A stretch of 64,000 bases of DNA from a virus (IMGVR_UViG_3300045594_000145:1-64000), one strand, 5' to 3'. Shown: positions 12,601 through 24,252, counted from the stretch's first letter. Made by a program: numbers and translations. Notes: generated by a model from the sequence alone, not told the origin.

Positions 12601-14154
12601 TGGATATTCTTTGGTTTTATATCCTTTACAAGCAATCTGAATTGCTCTTCTTGAAGAGGCGGTTCCGAATGTAGCAACTAATGTAGCTCCTAATTCTTTT
12701 CTAGCAAAATCTTTAATATCAGAATTAAAGTTTTGTCCACGCTCTTCTTTAATACGCTGAATAATCTTTGGTCTTACTGATGGACACAAGTCTAAATCAA
12801 TATCTCCAAGACCTTGCGTATCTTTATTCATATATCTCTCAAATAAATCTTGATGAAGTGCTATAGGATCGGTCTGCGTGATTTTCATCAGGTAATGGTT
12901 TAGTCCTGCGCTCGAACTCCCTCTTCCACACCCCACGGTAGACCCTTCATTCCAAAATGTATCTACATAGTGCTGTAAAGTAATAGGATAGTCGAACATG
13001 TTTGTGCCAAGTCTAGCACCGACAACTCTTTTAATATCGGCTTCTTTTTCAAGTTCCTTATAATAAGCAGGCTGTTGTAATTTTTTTTCCTTTAATGCTT
13101 CTTGACATTGATTTATCCAATATCTTTCTGATTTATCATCTGAGGTAAACATACTTGATAATATTGGGTATTCTTTTTGAAATTCAAGAGGAGGAGTTTT
13201 CTTAGGATAATCTTTGACTTCTACTCTAGGAATTCTTTGAGGATGCCGCAGATCATATTCAGTAATTTTGTCAAATATCTCCTGTGCGGTATCACAACAT
13301 TCTTGATATACTCTTTCAGTATCTTCACCAAAAGCTGCCCCTAGATGCTTTAATATTTCTTCTTCTGATTGAAGGTATGAATAGTGATAAAAACTATCTG
13401 TTTCACGTTCTCCATCTTTACTTCTTAAGAAAGCTGCATGAACGTTTCTTTTGTCTGCTCTTTCATAATGAGCGTCGCAAGATGTTTCAATTTTGATATT
13501 CTGACTGTGAGCAATCTGATACAATTTTTTATTTACTTCTATTTGTTCTTTAGATGCGCCCGGCGGTATTTCAATATAAAAGTCATCCTTAAATATATCT
13601 TTACACCAATCTAAGAAAGAAATAATTCTGCTATAAGCAAGAGTTTCTTCTTCTTTATTTGCTTTTTCTCTTGCCATTATTAACTGTTTTACATTTGCGG
13701 ATAATTCCCCGGCAAGACAAGCAGTGGTTGCAATCAGATGGCCAGGGTTTCCTCTAACGATCTTTTTGAGTTCACTTTTAAGAGTTGGCACTCTTTCAAG
13801 ACCTCTATCCGAATAAGCTTGGAGCCATGATTCAGAAGAAAGTATCCGCAACTGTTTATGTCCAATTGCATCTTTTGCAATTAATAAGAAATGATAATAG
13901 GGTTGTTTTGCGCCACGTTGTTCAACTAAATAGATTTCATTCCCAATACCTAATTTTAAATCTGGATACTTTTCGCGCATTTCGCATATCTTAATACTGG
14001 CGCTTAGACATTCATGGTCAGTATAAACAAGACCTTTCAGACCTATCTCTTGCGCTCTCTCCGCAAGAGATTCATGCGTATTAATGGCATCTATGAGTCT
14101 TAAATTTGAATAGTCTGTATGATTATGTAAATCAATTACTCTCTTATTTATCAT
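9613..14154 (-). CDS. dnaE: DNA polymerase III alpha subunit, 3 exons (14154-12262, 11954-11305, 11038-9613; ~1322 aa)
   Basis: PHP domain (LHNHTDYS, TDH), GRGS, DIDLD, HASG; splicing restores GLTKYD|FLL and GYGFSVIHSTSY in frame. Confidence 0.93.
11039..11304 (-). mobile_element. Group I intron 2 in dnaE (266 nt, no ORF)
   Basis: P1 AGCGU/GCGCU with U.G at 5' splice site; P7 GACUA/UAGUC (GTATCGACTATC, AAGAAATAGTCAG); terminal G; in-frame exon join. Confidence 0.88.
11955..12261 (-). mobile_element. Group I intron 1 in dnaE (307 nt, no ORF)
   Basis: Exon GAU pairs with intron GUC (U.G); CTATCGACTATCC and AAGATATAGTCAG core; terminal G before TTT CTT TTA. Confidence 0.9.
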
Positions 14155-14230
14155 TTATGCCTTCTTTCTATAATAATATATTTCTCATTACATATATATA
14201 ATAACATATTTTTTGACTTTTGTCAAGGGA

Positions 14231-15382
14231 TTATTGTACATAAACTAATTTATTTCTTGCACGAGTCACCGCAGTATAGAGCATTTTCTTTTTATCCCCA
14301 AAAGCATCCTTAGTATAAACTAATACTTTATCAAATTGACTTCCTTGAGATTTATGAATTGTTAATATATAAGCAAAATCACACTGGACTCTCTCAGCCG
14401 CCTGTGAATTATATCTGCGGCCTGCTCCAACTTCTGCAAGCCCAAAAAACCCATTTAGAGAGATCTTACAGACAAAACTATCATTTTCATCATATGTCGG
14501 AGTCATCTTTACAAAAGCATACTTATCAAAAGGATTATCTAAATAGTAATCAATATTGGTGATTTTACAGATTGTTCCATTTGTTAAAGGTTCTCCATTT
14601 AAACTAAGAATGTCCCAATAATTCTTTGTAATGATAATAGGCTCATATAGAAGAGGATATTTCTCCTCTATTCCTTTTGATCTTCTGATTAAATCTGTAA
14701 ATTCATAACGAGTCTTATTTGTCGCGCATAGTATTACATCTGCCCAGTTCAACATACTCAACGATATTTTTTCACCTTCATCGGTATTGATAGTTTTTAC
14801 AGAGTCATCCATTATATCGCTATGGATATTACCAGTTGTCCTAATTTGGGTTGCTAAATCTAAGATGCCACTGTTCTCTTTCTGCCGATAAATTTTTGTT
14901 AGTACAAAGTCTGGATGTTTTAGCAAAGTATTTGCATCTTCCATGATTGGTGGTAACTGAGCATCGTCTCCCAAGCATAGCAGCGGGATACTATATGATA
15001 GTAAGTCTGACAATAATTTAGTTGACACCATTGATATTTCGTCAATAACAATCAACTTATATTGCTCCAGATCGTAAAAAGATTTTTTCCTAAAATGCCA
15101 TTTCCCTGACCTATCCTTGAAAGCATCATAAATTAAATGATGAATTGTTGTTGCAGGTAAACCATTATCTCTAAGAACACGAGCAGCTTTACCAGTATAA
15201 GCAACATAGGCAACTTCGTAATCTAAAAGTCCCATGTTATCTATAATATATGGAATAAGTGTTGTTTTCCCACTTCCGGCTGGAGCCGCGATCGTATACT
15301 CTGGTTTGCCTTCGTAGAATTTCTTAGTAGCATCTTCTACGCACTTCTTTTGCTCGTCTGATAAAACTATTTCTTTGTTCAA
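14231..15382 (-). CDS. RecD/Dda-like SF1B helicase
   Basis: APAGSGKTT, VIDEISM, GDDAQLPP, LTKIYRQ, TIHKSQGS, LYTAVTRA; probable TTG start 15382. Confidence 0.9.
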   Translation of the reverse strand: MNKEIVLSDEQKKCVEDATKKFYEGKPEYTIAAPAGSGKTTLIPYIIDNMGLLDYEVAYVAYTGKAARVLRDNGLPATTIHHLIYDAFKDRSGKWHFRKKSFYDLEQYKLIVIDEISMVSTKLLSDLLSYSIPLLCLGDDAQLPPIMEDANTLLKHPDFVLTKIYRQKENSGILDLATQIRTTGNIHSDIMDDSVKTINTDEGEKISLSMLNWADVILCATNKTRYEFTDLIRRSKGIEEKYPLLYEPIIITKNYWDILSLNGEPLTNGTICKITNIDYYLDNPFDKYAFVKMTPTYDENDSFVCKISLNGFFGLAEVGAGRRYNSQAAERVQCDFAYILTIHKSQGSQFDKVLVYTKDAFGDKKKMLYTAVTRARNKLVYVQ

Positions 15383-17133
15383 AATGCATTCCACCCTTCT
15401 ATAATAGTTGTGCTTGGGGAATAATCTTGGATAATTAATTGAGGAGTGCTTCTTCCTGCCCAAACATTCTCTGAGCAAGTAGCAATAACATCAATTCTAT
15501 TAGAACTTATTAGTTTATTATATTTCTCTTCTGTTATTTTAAATTGCATGACCTCAAATTCCGGATATACAATTTTAGCAGTATTCTTTAATTTCCCAAT
15601 TAAAGAGCAGACTCCCATTGGGAGATTTTTTACCACAATCATTGGTTCTGGCATATCTTGTCCCCAAAGATTATACTTATTTAATGAGGAAATTGCCTTA
15701 ATAACATCGGGAATCTCATCGCCATCAATATTATAATCAAAAACAAAATCAACGAAATAGCAAGGAGAGAAATCAATATTGCACCACTTCTCATCAAAAT
15801 ATTCTAACAACTTTTCCTTATTATTAAAATCAATACAAAGTCCTGCTGCAGAGGCATGTCCCTGAGCATAAACAACCAAGCCACTATCTTCAAGTTCTTT
15901 TCTAAAATCATCTACAGGAGAATTTCCAAAATTTCTTATTGAACCTTTTAGCCAATGACCTTGATCGTCAGTGATCTTTCTTAAAATCAACGTCGGCTGC
16001 TTATATTTACTTGCAATTTTATTTGCCACAAGACCGACAATTTCTTCTGGCAACATGTTATCTGGAACTGCAATCAATAATAATTTATGTTTCGTTAGAT
16101 CGTATGTCTTAATAAGTGTTTCTATCATTGTCATCTTATCTTCAACAGTCTTATTCTGTCTATTCCTGATATTCTGAGCAATGCGAACCTGCTGTTCTGT
16201 GAAAGCCTCTGTGTCTCCCTCAAGATGGTTCCTTTTTGTACTTGGAACTTCTAGCCATTTATTTTCATCTAAGAAGGCTCTAAATAAATCTTTCTTTTCG
16301 TCAATCGTCCCAACTCTACAAACGCTGTTCAACATTGGCGCTACATACCAAGCAACAGACATTGCGGAAATATTGTTCTTCATTGAGAAAGCCTGAGCAG
16401 AGCACAGATTAACCATCATCTGATTTCTTAAAGTGCAGAATCCTTTGTGAATAATATGTTTTGTTTCTAAATCTGTCAAAGACATCTGATCTGCCGTATT
16501 ACCAAGAGCAACTAAGTCTAAGTAATTCACCATATCAGTCTTTCCATTAAGAAACATGTCATTATAGCATCTTAGGAATTGCCACACAATACCTGCGCCA
16601 CTAAGCATTTTATTTGGATATCTCTTGCTCATTTGATTGTTCACAATAATCGCATAATCACTATATCTATCACATTCGTGGTGATCGAGAGCTAAAATAT
16701 CTGCCCCGTGTTCATGTAATTCTTTATGTTCATCAAAGTCATTACTTCCTGCATCTGCTGTTATTACTAATTTACAGTTCTTTTGTTCAATTAACTCAAC
16801 GGTATCTTTTAGCCCATGCTGTTTCCCTTCATGGACAACAAAATGTAAATCTGCATTTTTGTCTAATTCTTTTTTAATAAAGTTCCACAAAGTTGCTGAA
16901 GATGTAATACCATCTACATCACAATCTACAAGAAGTAAGATTGAATCCTTTGCTTCGGCGTGCTTATGAAGAAGGGCGCAAGCCGCTTCGATATTATCTA
17001 ATAATCTATAATCATTGATATCGCTATCTGTTGTATATAGATATTTATTATAATCAACAGAGATTTTTCTATTTTGTAATATTTCGTTTAGATAATTTTG
17101 TTTGGTGTTATTTCCGAGTAATTTATATTCCAT
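15379..17133 (-). CDS. recJ: RecJ-like ssDNA exonuclease
   Basis: DCDVDG, ITAD, LDHH, GHASAAG DHH/DHHA1 motifs. Confidence 0.9.
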   Translation of the reverse strand: MEYKLLGNNTKQNYLNEILQNRKISVDYNKYLYTTDSDINDYRLLDNIEAACALLHKHAEAKDSILLLVDCDVDGITSSATLWNFIKKELDKNADLHFVVHEGKQHGLKDTVELIEQKNCKLVITADAGSNDFDEHKELHEHGADILALDHHECDRYSDYAIIVNNQMSKRYPNKMLSGAGIVWQFLRCYNDMFLNGKTDMVNYLDLVALGNTADQMSLTDLETKHIIHKGFCTLRNQMMVNLCSAQAFSMKNNISAMSVAWYVAPMLNSVCRVGTIDEKKDLFRAFLDENKWLEVPSTKRNHLEGDTEAFTEQQVRIAQNIRNRQNKTVEDKMTMIETLIKTYDLTKHKLLLIAVPDNMLPEEIVGLVANKIASKYKQPTLILRKITDDQGHWLKGSIRNFGNSPVDDFRKELEDSGLVVYAQGHASAAGLCIDFNNKEKLLEYFDEKWCNIDFSPCYFVDFVFDYNIDGDEIPDVIKAISSLNKYNLWGQDMPEPMIVVKNLPMGVCSLIGKLKNTAKIVYPEFEVMQFKITEEKYNKLISSNRIDVIATCSENVWAGRSTPQLIIQDYSPSTTIIEGWNAF

Positions 17134-18233
17134 TAAATCATTGTCCTCTCCGCTAGTAATTTTTTAAATATCTCTGTACCTTCGTCTACAGGAGCATCTT
17201 TATATTTTAATAGATGTTTCTTGTCAAGAACAAAAGTAACATTAGCATAGTGCCTAATTTTATCTTGTATTTTTATTAATTTCTTTTTCCACTCTTGATA
17301 CTCTTTATCGCAATATTCTTCATATTGTCTATCAAAAGCAATAATAATTTCTTCTACCCCAAGATCAAGTAGTAAATCAAGTTGGTAATTAGTAAGATTA
17401 CTTCCACAAACTGCGACAGAAAAATTATTCTTAAAGCTGTTTTCTGCAAGCATTACACTTTTTTCACCTTCAAAAACAATAACCTTGTGTAATGATTTAA
17501 TATTGTCTTTGTTTTTATCAAGACCATATAAGTTATATCCTAAAGGGTGTGCATAGTTTTTTCCCTCGCCGACATACAAAGGCATATATTTACCAGAAAT
17601 TTTAACTTCTTCTGGATCTAAAGCTCTCCCTCTAATTCCTATCAGCCGACCATCTATGTCTCTATGCGGAATTACTATCTTATTAGTCGGCGCATAATAT
17701 CTTATTTCATATTTCTTTAGCGAGTCGTAAGTAATTCCTTCTTGTTCCCATCCTTCAATATGATAGCATGGCAAATTTTTTATTAATTCATCTGAGTATT
17801 CTTTCAGTACGACTTTTTCCGAAGATCTCCAACTCTCTATTCTATCTAAAAACTGTATTAACTCATCTGCTTCTGGAGTTTTTATGGTGGAAGATACTAC
17901 ATCCTGCGAGAAAGCAAGGTCTCTATGGCCTGTTTGTTCCATAACATAGTACACACAAGCGGTGAACTCAATTGTTTGATGTTTCTGAATATTAAATACT
18001 TTCCTAACAAGCTCATATATATCAAATGAACCACAGTCTCCAGTATAGCAGTGGAAATTTTTCCCATCTTCGTAGTAATATAATTTATGGCTACCTTCAT
18101 TTGGGAAATTATGGCAGATCGTGTCTGATATAAAGCCTTCTTTAGAGTAAGTTGGTTTCCCACCTAAAGACTCAACTAACTTAAACACTTCATTAAGGGT
18201 TAATGATTGTTTTAATAAATCCTTATCAATCAT
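17133..18233 (-). CDS. DNA primase
   Basis: N-terminal Cys/His Zn-binding region, IGIRGR, VFEGEKS and IAFD TOPRIM motifs. Confidence 0.88.
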   Translation of the reverse strand: MIDKDLLKQSLTLNEVFKLVESLGGKPTYSKEGFISDTICHNFPNEGSHKLYYYEDGKNFHCYTGDCGSFDIYELVRKVFNIQKHQTIEFTACVYYVMEQTGHRDLAFSQDVVSSTIKTPEADELIQFLDRIESWRSSEKVVLKEYSDELIKNLPCYHIEGWEQEGITYDSLKKYEIRYYAPTNKIVIPHRDIDGRLIGIRGRALDPEEVKISGKYMPLYVGEGKNYAHPLGYNLYGLDKNKDNIKSLHKVIVFEGEKSVMLAENSFKNNFSVAVCGSNLTNYQLDLLLDLGVEEIIIAFDRQYEEYCDKEYQEWKKKLIKIQDKIRHYANVTFVLDKKHLLKYKDAPVDEGTEIFKKLLAERTMI

Positions 18234-18237
18234 CTAA

Positions 18238-19794
18238 TTAATCATCCTCCTTACTCACTTGTAAATCAACTGGTTTAATATCTGTTCTAAGTGTAAAATC
18301 ATTATCAGTCACAAAAAGTGGCTTTAGTCTACAAGTTGACAAATCATATTTACACCAAAGTCTAACTGCATTATATGGAAGTCCACGATTCTTGAAGAAA
18401 TTAACGGTAACATTCGGCATAGTATCCCCAATAGAATTTTGGACTTTTGAATGAAGAGTCTTTTTGAATATTTCTTTATCATTATCTGTTAATCTGGTTA
18501 TTATCGCGCCGGTATCTATCTTATCTGCGATAGAACTAGCACCTCTTAACATATTGGTACTAGCAGGTTCATCCGCGCCAACCCCAGTTCTATTTAACTG
18601 GGTAGCACTTTCAATAAATACCCCATACTCATTTGCAATATCTTTTAATTTGGTTGATAATAATAACAAAATAGAATCTTCTCTTAAACTTACCCCATGA
18701 GCCTTTTTAGACATTTCTGCTAATAAGGATGTAGAAGTAGAGATATAGTCAAAAGCGCAATACATAATATCATTTTTATCAATATTAAGTTTAATTGTTC
18801 TTTCAATATCTGAAACAGTAAAGTCTGTCAAAACTTCATAATATAATGGTGATTCTTTTAATACGTCGGCCGCATGTTTTAGAATAGAAGATTCATCAAA
18901 AGTCATAGGATCTCTCCCCAAAATCTTATTCTCATCAATACCACTAATAAAAGCCAATGCCATAGAAGTAAGTTCATCATTATTTAACTCGGTGGAAATG
19001 AATAAAGAAGGAAGTGGTTCTTTGCATACCCACTCTCCAGTTTCTTGGTCAAAATATTCTGGAGTTGCTAAATACACCATATGTGATAGCATTGTTCTAG
19101 TTTTACCAACACCCGTGCTGCCTGAGAATAAGTAGAATTTACCTAATCTTGCGCCGCCGGTAAGAGTATTCATTAACCCTCCACCCGCTATTGGCGCCCC
19201 ATATGCTGGAGTTTTGCCAAGGTTACAAAGGAATGAATCTACATTTGAACCCAAGGTCTCCGCTGGCTGAGTTCCTTCAAATTTGAAGATATCTTTTATC
19301 TTATCGACTCTTTGTTGAACAATATTAATTATGTCTTCAACAGTATGCTCTTCTAAATATTTATTCTGCTTTTCGATCTGCGTTTCATCTAATGAATTAG
19401 GATCGTATATCCAAGTTACATCTATACCTTTTTCAGAGAAAGTTCGCAGGAGACTCATTTTTTTCATCTTGAGATAATAATAATCTATTCTCTCAAGTTC
19501 ATTTGAAGCAAGTCTTAAGCACTTATTTAGATAATCAATTCCTTCCTGTTCAAATTGTTTACCTTCAACGGGATAAACTGAATTAAGATATTTTTGGATA
19601 TCAATTAATTCGATTGTTTTTATATCTTCAAGATAAAGATTATTTATTGAAACGAAGATATATTGTGAGAGCCTATCGGTAAAATCTTCTTGACCAAATT
19701 GATATTTTTCAACTCTGTCAAGTATTTCTGGATTTTTAAGTAATGCTCCTAATACAATCATTTCGGAAGTTTTATCTTTATAATTTTCTGCCAT
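18238..19794 (-). CDS. DnaB-like replicative helicase
   Basis: GSTGVGKT, FISTE, FDYI, ATQLNR, LRGASSIADKID, KNR. Confidence 0.9.
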   Translation of the reverse strand: MAENYKDKTSEMIVLGALLKNPEILDRVEKYQFGQEDFTDRLSQYIFVSINNLYLEDIKTIELIDIQKYLNSVYPVEGKQFEQEGIDYLNKCLRLASNELERIDYYYLKMKKMSLLRTFSEKGIDVTWIYDPNSLDETQIEKQNKYLEEHTVEDIINIVQQRVDKIKDIFKFEGTQPAETLGSNVDSFLCNLGKTPAYGAPIAGGGLMNTLTGGARLGKFYLFSGSTGVGKTRTMLSHMVYLATPEYFDQETGEWVCKEPLPSLFISTELNNDELTSMALAFISGIDENKILGRDPMTFDESSILKHAADVLKESPLYYEVLTDFTVSDIERTIKLNIDKNDIMYCAFDYISTSTSLLAEMSKKAHGVSLREDSILLLLSTKLKDIANEYGVFIESATQLNRTGVGADEPASTNMLRGASSIADKIDTGAIITRLTDNDKEIFKKTLHSKVQNSIGDTMPNVTVNFFKNRGLPYNAVRLWCKYDLSTCRLKPLFVTDNDFTLRTDIKPVDLQVSKEDD

Positions 19795-20288
19795 TAATCA
19801 CTCTCTCCTTCCTCAATAATTATTTTTTTACGTTTGTGGAGAGGTTTCCGCTGTGGGCGCTCTATACATACAATTTTTTCTTGATTATTTATTATCTCTT
19901 TGTCTTGATTGTTTTGCTGAATTAAATATAAATTATAGTAATATTCTCTAGCTTCTTTATAGATATAAGGAACAATACCTATACCAACTGCATTCCCCTC
20001 AACTTTGTTACCCTTTACCTCATAAAAATAAACTAGGCTCTTCTTTATTCCAGAATATGTAAAACCTAGTTCGTCATGATACTTCTTAATTTGTGCGTTA
20101 ATAACCGGGCCAGGTGATTTGTAATTGTATAAATTGACAATATACTCCTCTAAGTCTGCCTTGTCTTTTTCGTCTTTGGCTATCGTATCAAAGCAAACTT
20201 TATGATAATATCTATGTTTATACTGAACATTTTCTTCTTTGTCAGCGTTAAAATAGATGCCGCATATCGGGCATTTAACTCTATGCAT
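19794..20288 (-). CDS. Zn-finger protein upstream of helicase
   Basis: CPIC...HKVC; adjacent to helicase start. Confidence 0.6.
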   Translation of the reverse strand: MHRVKCPICGIYFNADKEENVQYKHRYYHKVCFDTIAKDEKDKADLEEYIVNLYNYKSPGPVINAQIKKYHDELGFTYSGIKKSLVYFYEVKGNKVEGNAVGIGIVPYIYKEAREYYYNLYLIQQNNQDKEIINNQEKIVCIERPQRKPLHKRKKIIIEEGESD

Positions 20289-20342
20289 TTGATACTCCTT
20301 CCATCTATATATATTATAACATATTTTTTAAGCTTTGTCAAA

Positions 20343-20373
20343 TAAAAAGGACTTTTTTATTAAAGTCCTTTTT
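20343..20373 (-). terminator. Intrinsic terminator
   Basis: AAAAAGGACTTT...AAAGTCCTTTTT inverted repeat. Confidence 0.6.
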
Positions 20374-20380
20374 ATAAATT

Positions 20381-21643
20381 CTATGCTAATAGAGCCTTTA
20401 GATCATATTCAATCATAATGATCTGCTCTAGATTTTCCTCAGTAGCCTGAGACAGCTTTTTGTCTCTGCCCAATCTTTCTTCTACAATAGCAGAAATCTT
20501 AGGAGCATTTTCTGGAGTAGACATAATCTGTTTAATTAAATTATCAATAGATGATTTAACCTCAGTAAAAGATCTCGCTTCAGTTGGCTTATCATAAACA
20601 ATAAAATCTTCTGTTGCAAGCGTGCCACCATGTTCTTTGTTATCCATGTCAATAGCATTATCTATGGCAATAGTAACAGCTTTGTAATCAAGCGGCACTG
20701 ATTCTGGTACATACTTAAATCTAGCACCAGCCTCCCATTCAGGAGTCTGACGCATGTGCAAGGTATGGACAAGTCCATCTGCGGACTGATCAACCGTTGC
20801 ATAACCATAAACATCAACCATACGAGTTATGAGATTCTTAGGTCTCTTTGGTAATGTACAAGTAGCATATTTAACATCCTTATCATCTTCTGATGCAAGA
20901 GCCTGTTCATGAGAAATAAACATAACTCCATATCCCATCTGAATAATAGAACGCATCTTTGTATCAAATTCATTTGCTACTAAGGTGTATCCGGCGCCGT
21001 AAGGAATATCAGCGACCTTTTCTACGCCCTGCTGAGCGAGAATATATTTTTCACATAAACTCCAAGCGATGTCAACAATATCAATAATAATAGTGTCATA
21101 AGGAAGTTCGTATGTTTCTCCCTTAGCCTTAGCCGTTTCCTCTTTTTTCTTTTCAGATTTTAATTGGTTTAAAACCTGCAAGAACTCTGCCCAAGAGTTA
21201 ATTGGTAAAGCCATGGCGCCTGGAATTGCTTTATATCCGATTTCAAAAGCTAAGATTAATGATTTTGGCATACTGGCGGCAAAGGTTGTTTTGCCTACCT
21301 TCAGTTTTGTTATCGTAAAGGTTTTTTATCCTTTACTTCTTATAGTTTCCTATAAGCTCAGCATAGCTTTTCACCCCATAGGGGTGTATAGTCTCTTGGA
21401 AGTTTATATCACTAAAGTGTTTAATACTTCTATGCGTTGCGCGTGTTTATCCTTTTGCAGACAAACTTCCGCTCTGATTAGCTTGCGTTTTCTCGTTTAG
21501 CTTCCCAGTTTTTTACTATAATTTGCCCTACTAATTACTTAGTAGGCGCCCAAGTGTTTAGGCCCGCCATAAATCAAGAATGAATAGCTTCGAATATCTT
21601 TACTAACTACATTAGGATGAATGTTTAAAATATCAATAGCCAT
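20381..21643 (-). CDS. AAA_24/Sak4-like ATPase, 2 exons (21643-21560, 21301-20381)
   Basis: Splicing restores Walker A LIYGGP|KVGKTT; IIID Walker B, FISHE, AGARF. Confidence 0.85.
21302..21559 (-). mobile_element. Group I intron in AAA gene (258 nt), variant P7
   Basis: P1 GCCU/GGGC with U.G; P7 GCAUA/UAUGC; CTTATAG GAAA CTATAAG P9 hairpin; ends GATAACAAAACTG. Confidence 0.87.
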
Positions 21644-21655
21644 TTATATTCCTCC

Positions 21656-22567
21656 TTAGAAATCAAATCCGGTAGATGCTGTACTCACAGAAGCTGCTGT
21701 ATTTGAAGTGGCAGATGTTACATTCGCCTTAGAGCCCTTGGCATTTTCTGCCCTCTTCTTTGCTTCATTCAACTGCTCATTTCGATTATTCTTAACAGCC
21801 AATAGTTCTTCATCGGACATATCAAATTCCTTTGGAGCGCTTGCACCAGTGATTAGGATATCTCTAACAGGTCTAGATGTTGATACTACTGCCGCAGAGC
21901 CAAATTCCATGTCACCTGCACTTGAAGCTGCCTGAATAACTCTATTAATCATTGTTCCACTAATAGTGGTGTAATAATTTGGAGATTCCACATTGCGAGT
22001 AAACACGGCGATTCCACTAGGATCAGATAACTTCATGGTAAGAGGTCTAAACATCTTTCTATAATCATCAAAGATTTCCATGTTAACTCTGTAACTATCT
22101 GTTGCATTTCCATTAGCATCTGCGATAGGCGCTAAAGATTTAATCAATGCGTCAACATTGAACCCAACAGATGGAACAGCATTCTCATCAATATGTAAGA
22201 AAGAACCCTGCACCTGTAGTGGTTCATGTAACTCTAATTCAGTTTTGCCCCGCGGAGCAGAGTAATAGATATTTGTAGATAACTTACAAGTGCATCTAAC
22301 CTTTGCCGCATCCTTCTTTCCGACTGCCGCAATAGTCTTTTTGGTATCCATTAATTCCTTTAATGCTTCATAGGTAGTATTTTCCTTGCCAGTCTTATAA
22401 ACTTTACTCTGGGGAAGGAAATGTACTTCTACGGTTGTCTCAGTTGGTTCATCAACTAGAACAATAACACTACCATAAATCTTACCATCTTTTTCAGTCA
22501 GTCCAAAACGACCAACATCATAAACAATACCATTTACTGCACATTCATTTTTAACATTAGTAAGCAT
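21656..22567 (-). CDS. Putative single-stranded DNA-binding protein
   Basis: Beta-rich, low-complexity tail ending GFDF, beside Sak4-like gene. Confidence 0.55.
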   Translation of the reverse strand: MLTNVKNECAVNGIVYDVGRFGLTEKDGKIYGSVIVLVDEPTETTVEVHFLPQSKVYKTGKENTTYEALKELMDTKKTIAAVGKKDAAKVRCTCKLSTNIYYSAPRGKTELELHEPLQVQGSFLHIDENAVPSVGFNVDALIKSLAPIADANGNATDSYRVNMEIFDDYRKMFRPLTMKLSDPSGIAVFTRNVESPNYYTTISGTMINRVIQAASSAGDMEFGSAAVVSTSRPVRDILITGASAPKEFDMSDEELLAVKNNRNEQLNEAKKRAENAKGSKANVTSATSNTAASVSTASTGFDF

Positions 22568-22659
22568 TTTATTTTCCCTTTCAATTAAATAACATGTGAT
22601 AAAAGCCTTGGGTTAGGCGGTTTGCCTAACCCAGCAACCTTATCTTCCTTAACAGTTAA

Positions 22660-22980
22660 TTACTTAGCTGCTTCAGCGAAATAGTCTGTTGACTTGCCTT
22701 CGTCTGTAACTGTAATAAACTTAACAAACTTAGCCTTGCCATCTTCCTCGACCTTGACTGGCTCGCCACGGACGATCAGACCCTTCTTCTGAAGAGCTGT
22801 CAAAGAACCGTTAACTGACTGTGCAGACAGATTCATCGCTGCTGCGATGTCAGCTGCTGTAAATTCACCGGACATACCTCTAGCAGTCTCTAAAACTGCG
22901 AAAGACTTTTCTCCTAAAGCATGTGGATCCTTTGGTGCCTTTACCTTCTTTTCCTTTGTTGCTGTTACTTCTTCTGCCAT
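22660..22980 (-). CDS. Winged-helix DNA-binding protein
   Basis: FTAADIAAAMNLSAQSVNGSLTALQKKGLI. Confidence 0.7.
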   Translation of the reverse strand: MAEEVTATKEKKVKAPKDPHALGEKSFAVLETARGMSGEFTAADIAAAMNLSAQSVNGSLTALQKKGLIVRGEPVKVEEDGKAKFVKFITVTDEGKSTDYFAEAAK

Positions 22981-23091
22981 AATAATATATTCCTCCTATT
23001 CTTTTCATAACTTAAATATAAGCTATGGCAAACGTGAGTTTAGAATGGTTTTCTTTCCACTTAATAATTATATCAAATTTTTTTTGTTATG

Positions 23092-24213
23092 TCAACTAAA
23101 AATTTCTTTTAGTTTACAATCAGTTGGATTCTTATCGTCTCTAACTCTCATAACAATAGGGTGCCGCAAAGTTTGTTCAGCATTATCTTTCTCCATGACT
23201 CCGAGTTCTAATACTTTTCCTTCATAACTTTTTAATGCGGCTCTATCGGCATCATTAAAACCAGAACTCACGGAGCCAATAACTTTTAAATTACCTTTTT
23301 CATCATAAGCCCCAATATCCATTGCAGTATACCATCCATAAAAGTATGCCTTAGTAACCGCAATAATATTTGAATATTTCATTCTTAAAGCTGCATATTG
23401 ACCTTGGTAACGAACTTCGGTCTGTTCATCTATACAATATTCCCAATTAGCAATATCATCGCCATTATATAATTTAGTTGGTTCGATAGCTCTAATAGCA
23501 ACAACATCTACTGTATCGTGTCTTTTTAGCTTAATCATATTCCAAGCAGGGCGAAGACCTGGTTCATATAAACCATCTTTCTTTTTTAAGACCAATCCTT
23601 CTTCTCCACGAGCAATCATTTTATCTGCGAAGGCTTCAAGATCTATATCTTTTGAATCGTAATATTTAGCTAATTCAATAGTATCTGGAAGGTCAATTTT
23701 ATTGAATGCTTCCATCAACTTAAAATATCTCTGTTGCGCGCCCAGTTCAAGATATGATTCTCCGTTATACATTAAAATATCATGTATATAATAATGAATA
23801 GGATTATTCTTCTGACGTTCAATAGCCTTTTTAGGCAAACACCCCATAATAGTAACTGTGTCTTTAGCTGTACCGCCCGGATAATAAATTTCTCCGACTA
23901 GAATCGTGTCCGGCGGCATTACTTCTTTTAATTTTGACATTATGTGAGGAACATTATCACCTTTTTCGGTTAAAAGCCCAGTTTTTGCACTATTAGTTCT
24001 TCCAAAAAGATATGAGTAATTTAGAGTATTATCATAGATATACATCGCGCCATCTTTCTTGATGTTTGCAAAATATTCTCCGTTAGTACAAATATCATGT
24101 ATTGTGATTCCCTTGGTGCCGGGGAATTTACCAATTTTCATTGGAGGAATCATGACTGCCTCCGGATATAAATTTTCAACCTTGCTTTGATCGAACCATT
24201 CATTTTTTATCAT
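23092..24213 (-). CDS. ATP-dependent DNA ligase
   Basis: KKDG, LVGEI, EGLVLK, IKLK, LRHP..RDDK. Confidence 0.9.
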   Translation of the reverse strand: MIKNEWFDQSKVENLYPEAVMIPPMKIGKFPGTKGITIHDICTNGEYFANIKKDGAMYIYDNTLNYSYLFGRTNSAKTGLLTEKGDNVPHIMSKLKEVMPPDTILVGEIYYPGGTAKDTVTIMGCLPKKAIERQKNNPIHYYIHDILMYNGESYLELGAQQRYFKLMEAFNKIDLPDTIELAKYYDSKDIDLEAFADKMIARGEEGLVLKKKDGLYEPGLRPAWNMIKLKRHDTVDVVAIRAIEPTKLYNGDDIANWEYCIDEQTEVRYQGQYAALRMKYSNIIAVTKAYFYGWYTAMDIGAYDEKGNLKVIGSVSSGFNDADRAALKSYEGKVLELGVMEKDNAEQTLRHPIVMRVRDDKNPTDCKLKEIFS

Positions 24214-24252
24214 AACATTCTCTCACTTTCTATAAAAATTATAACATAATTT

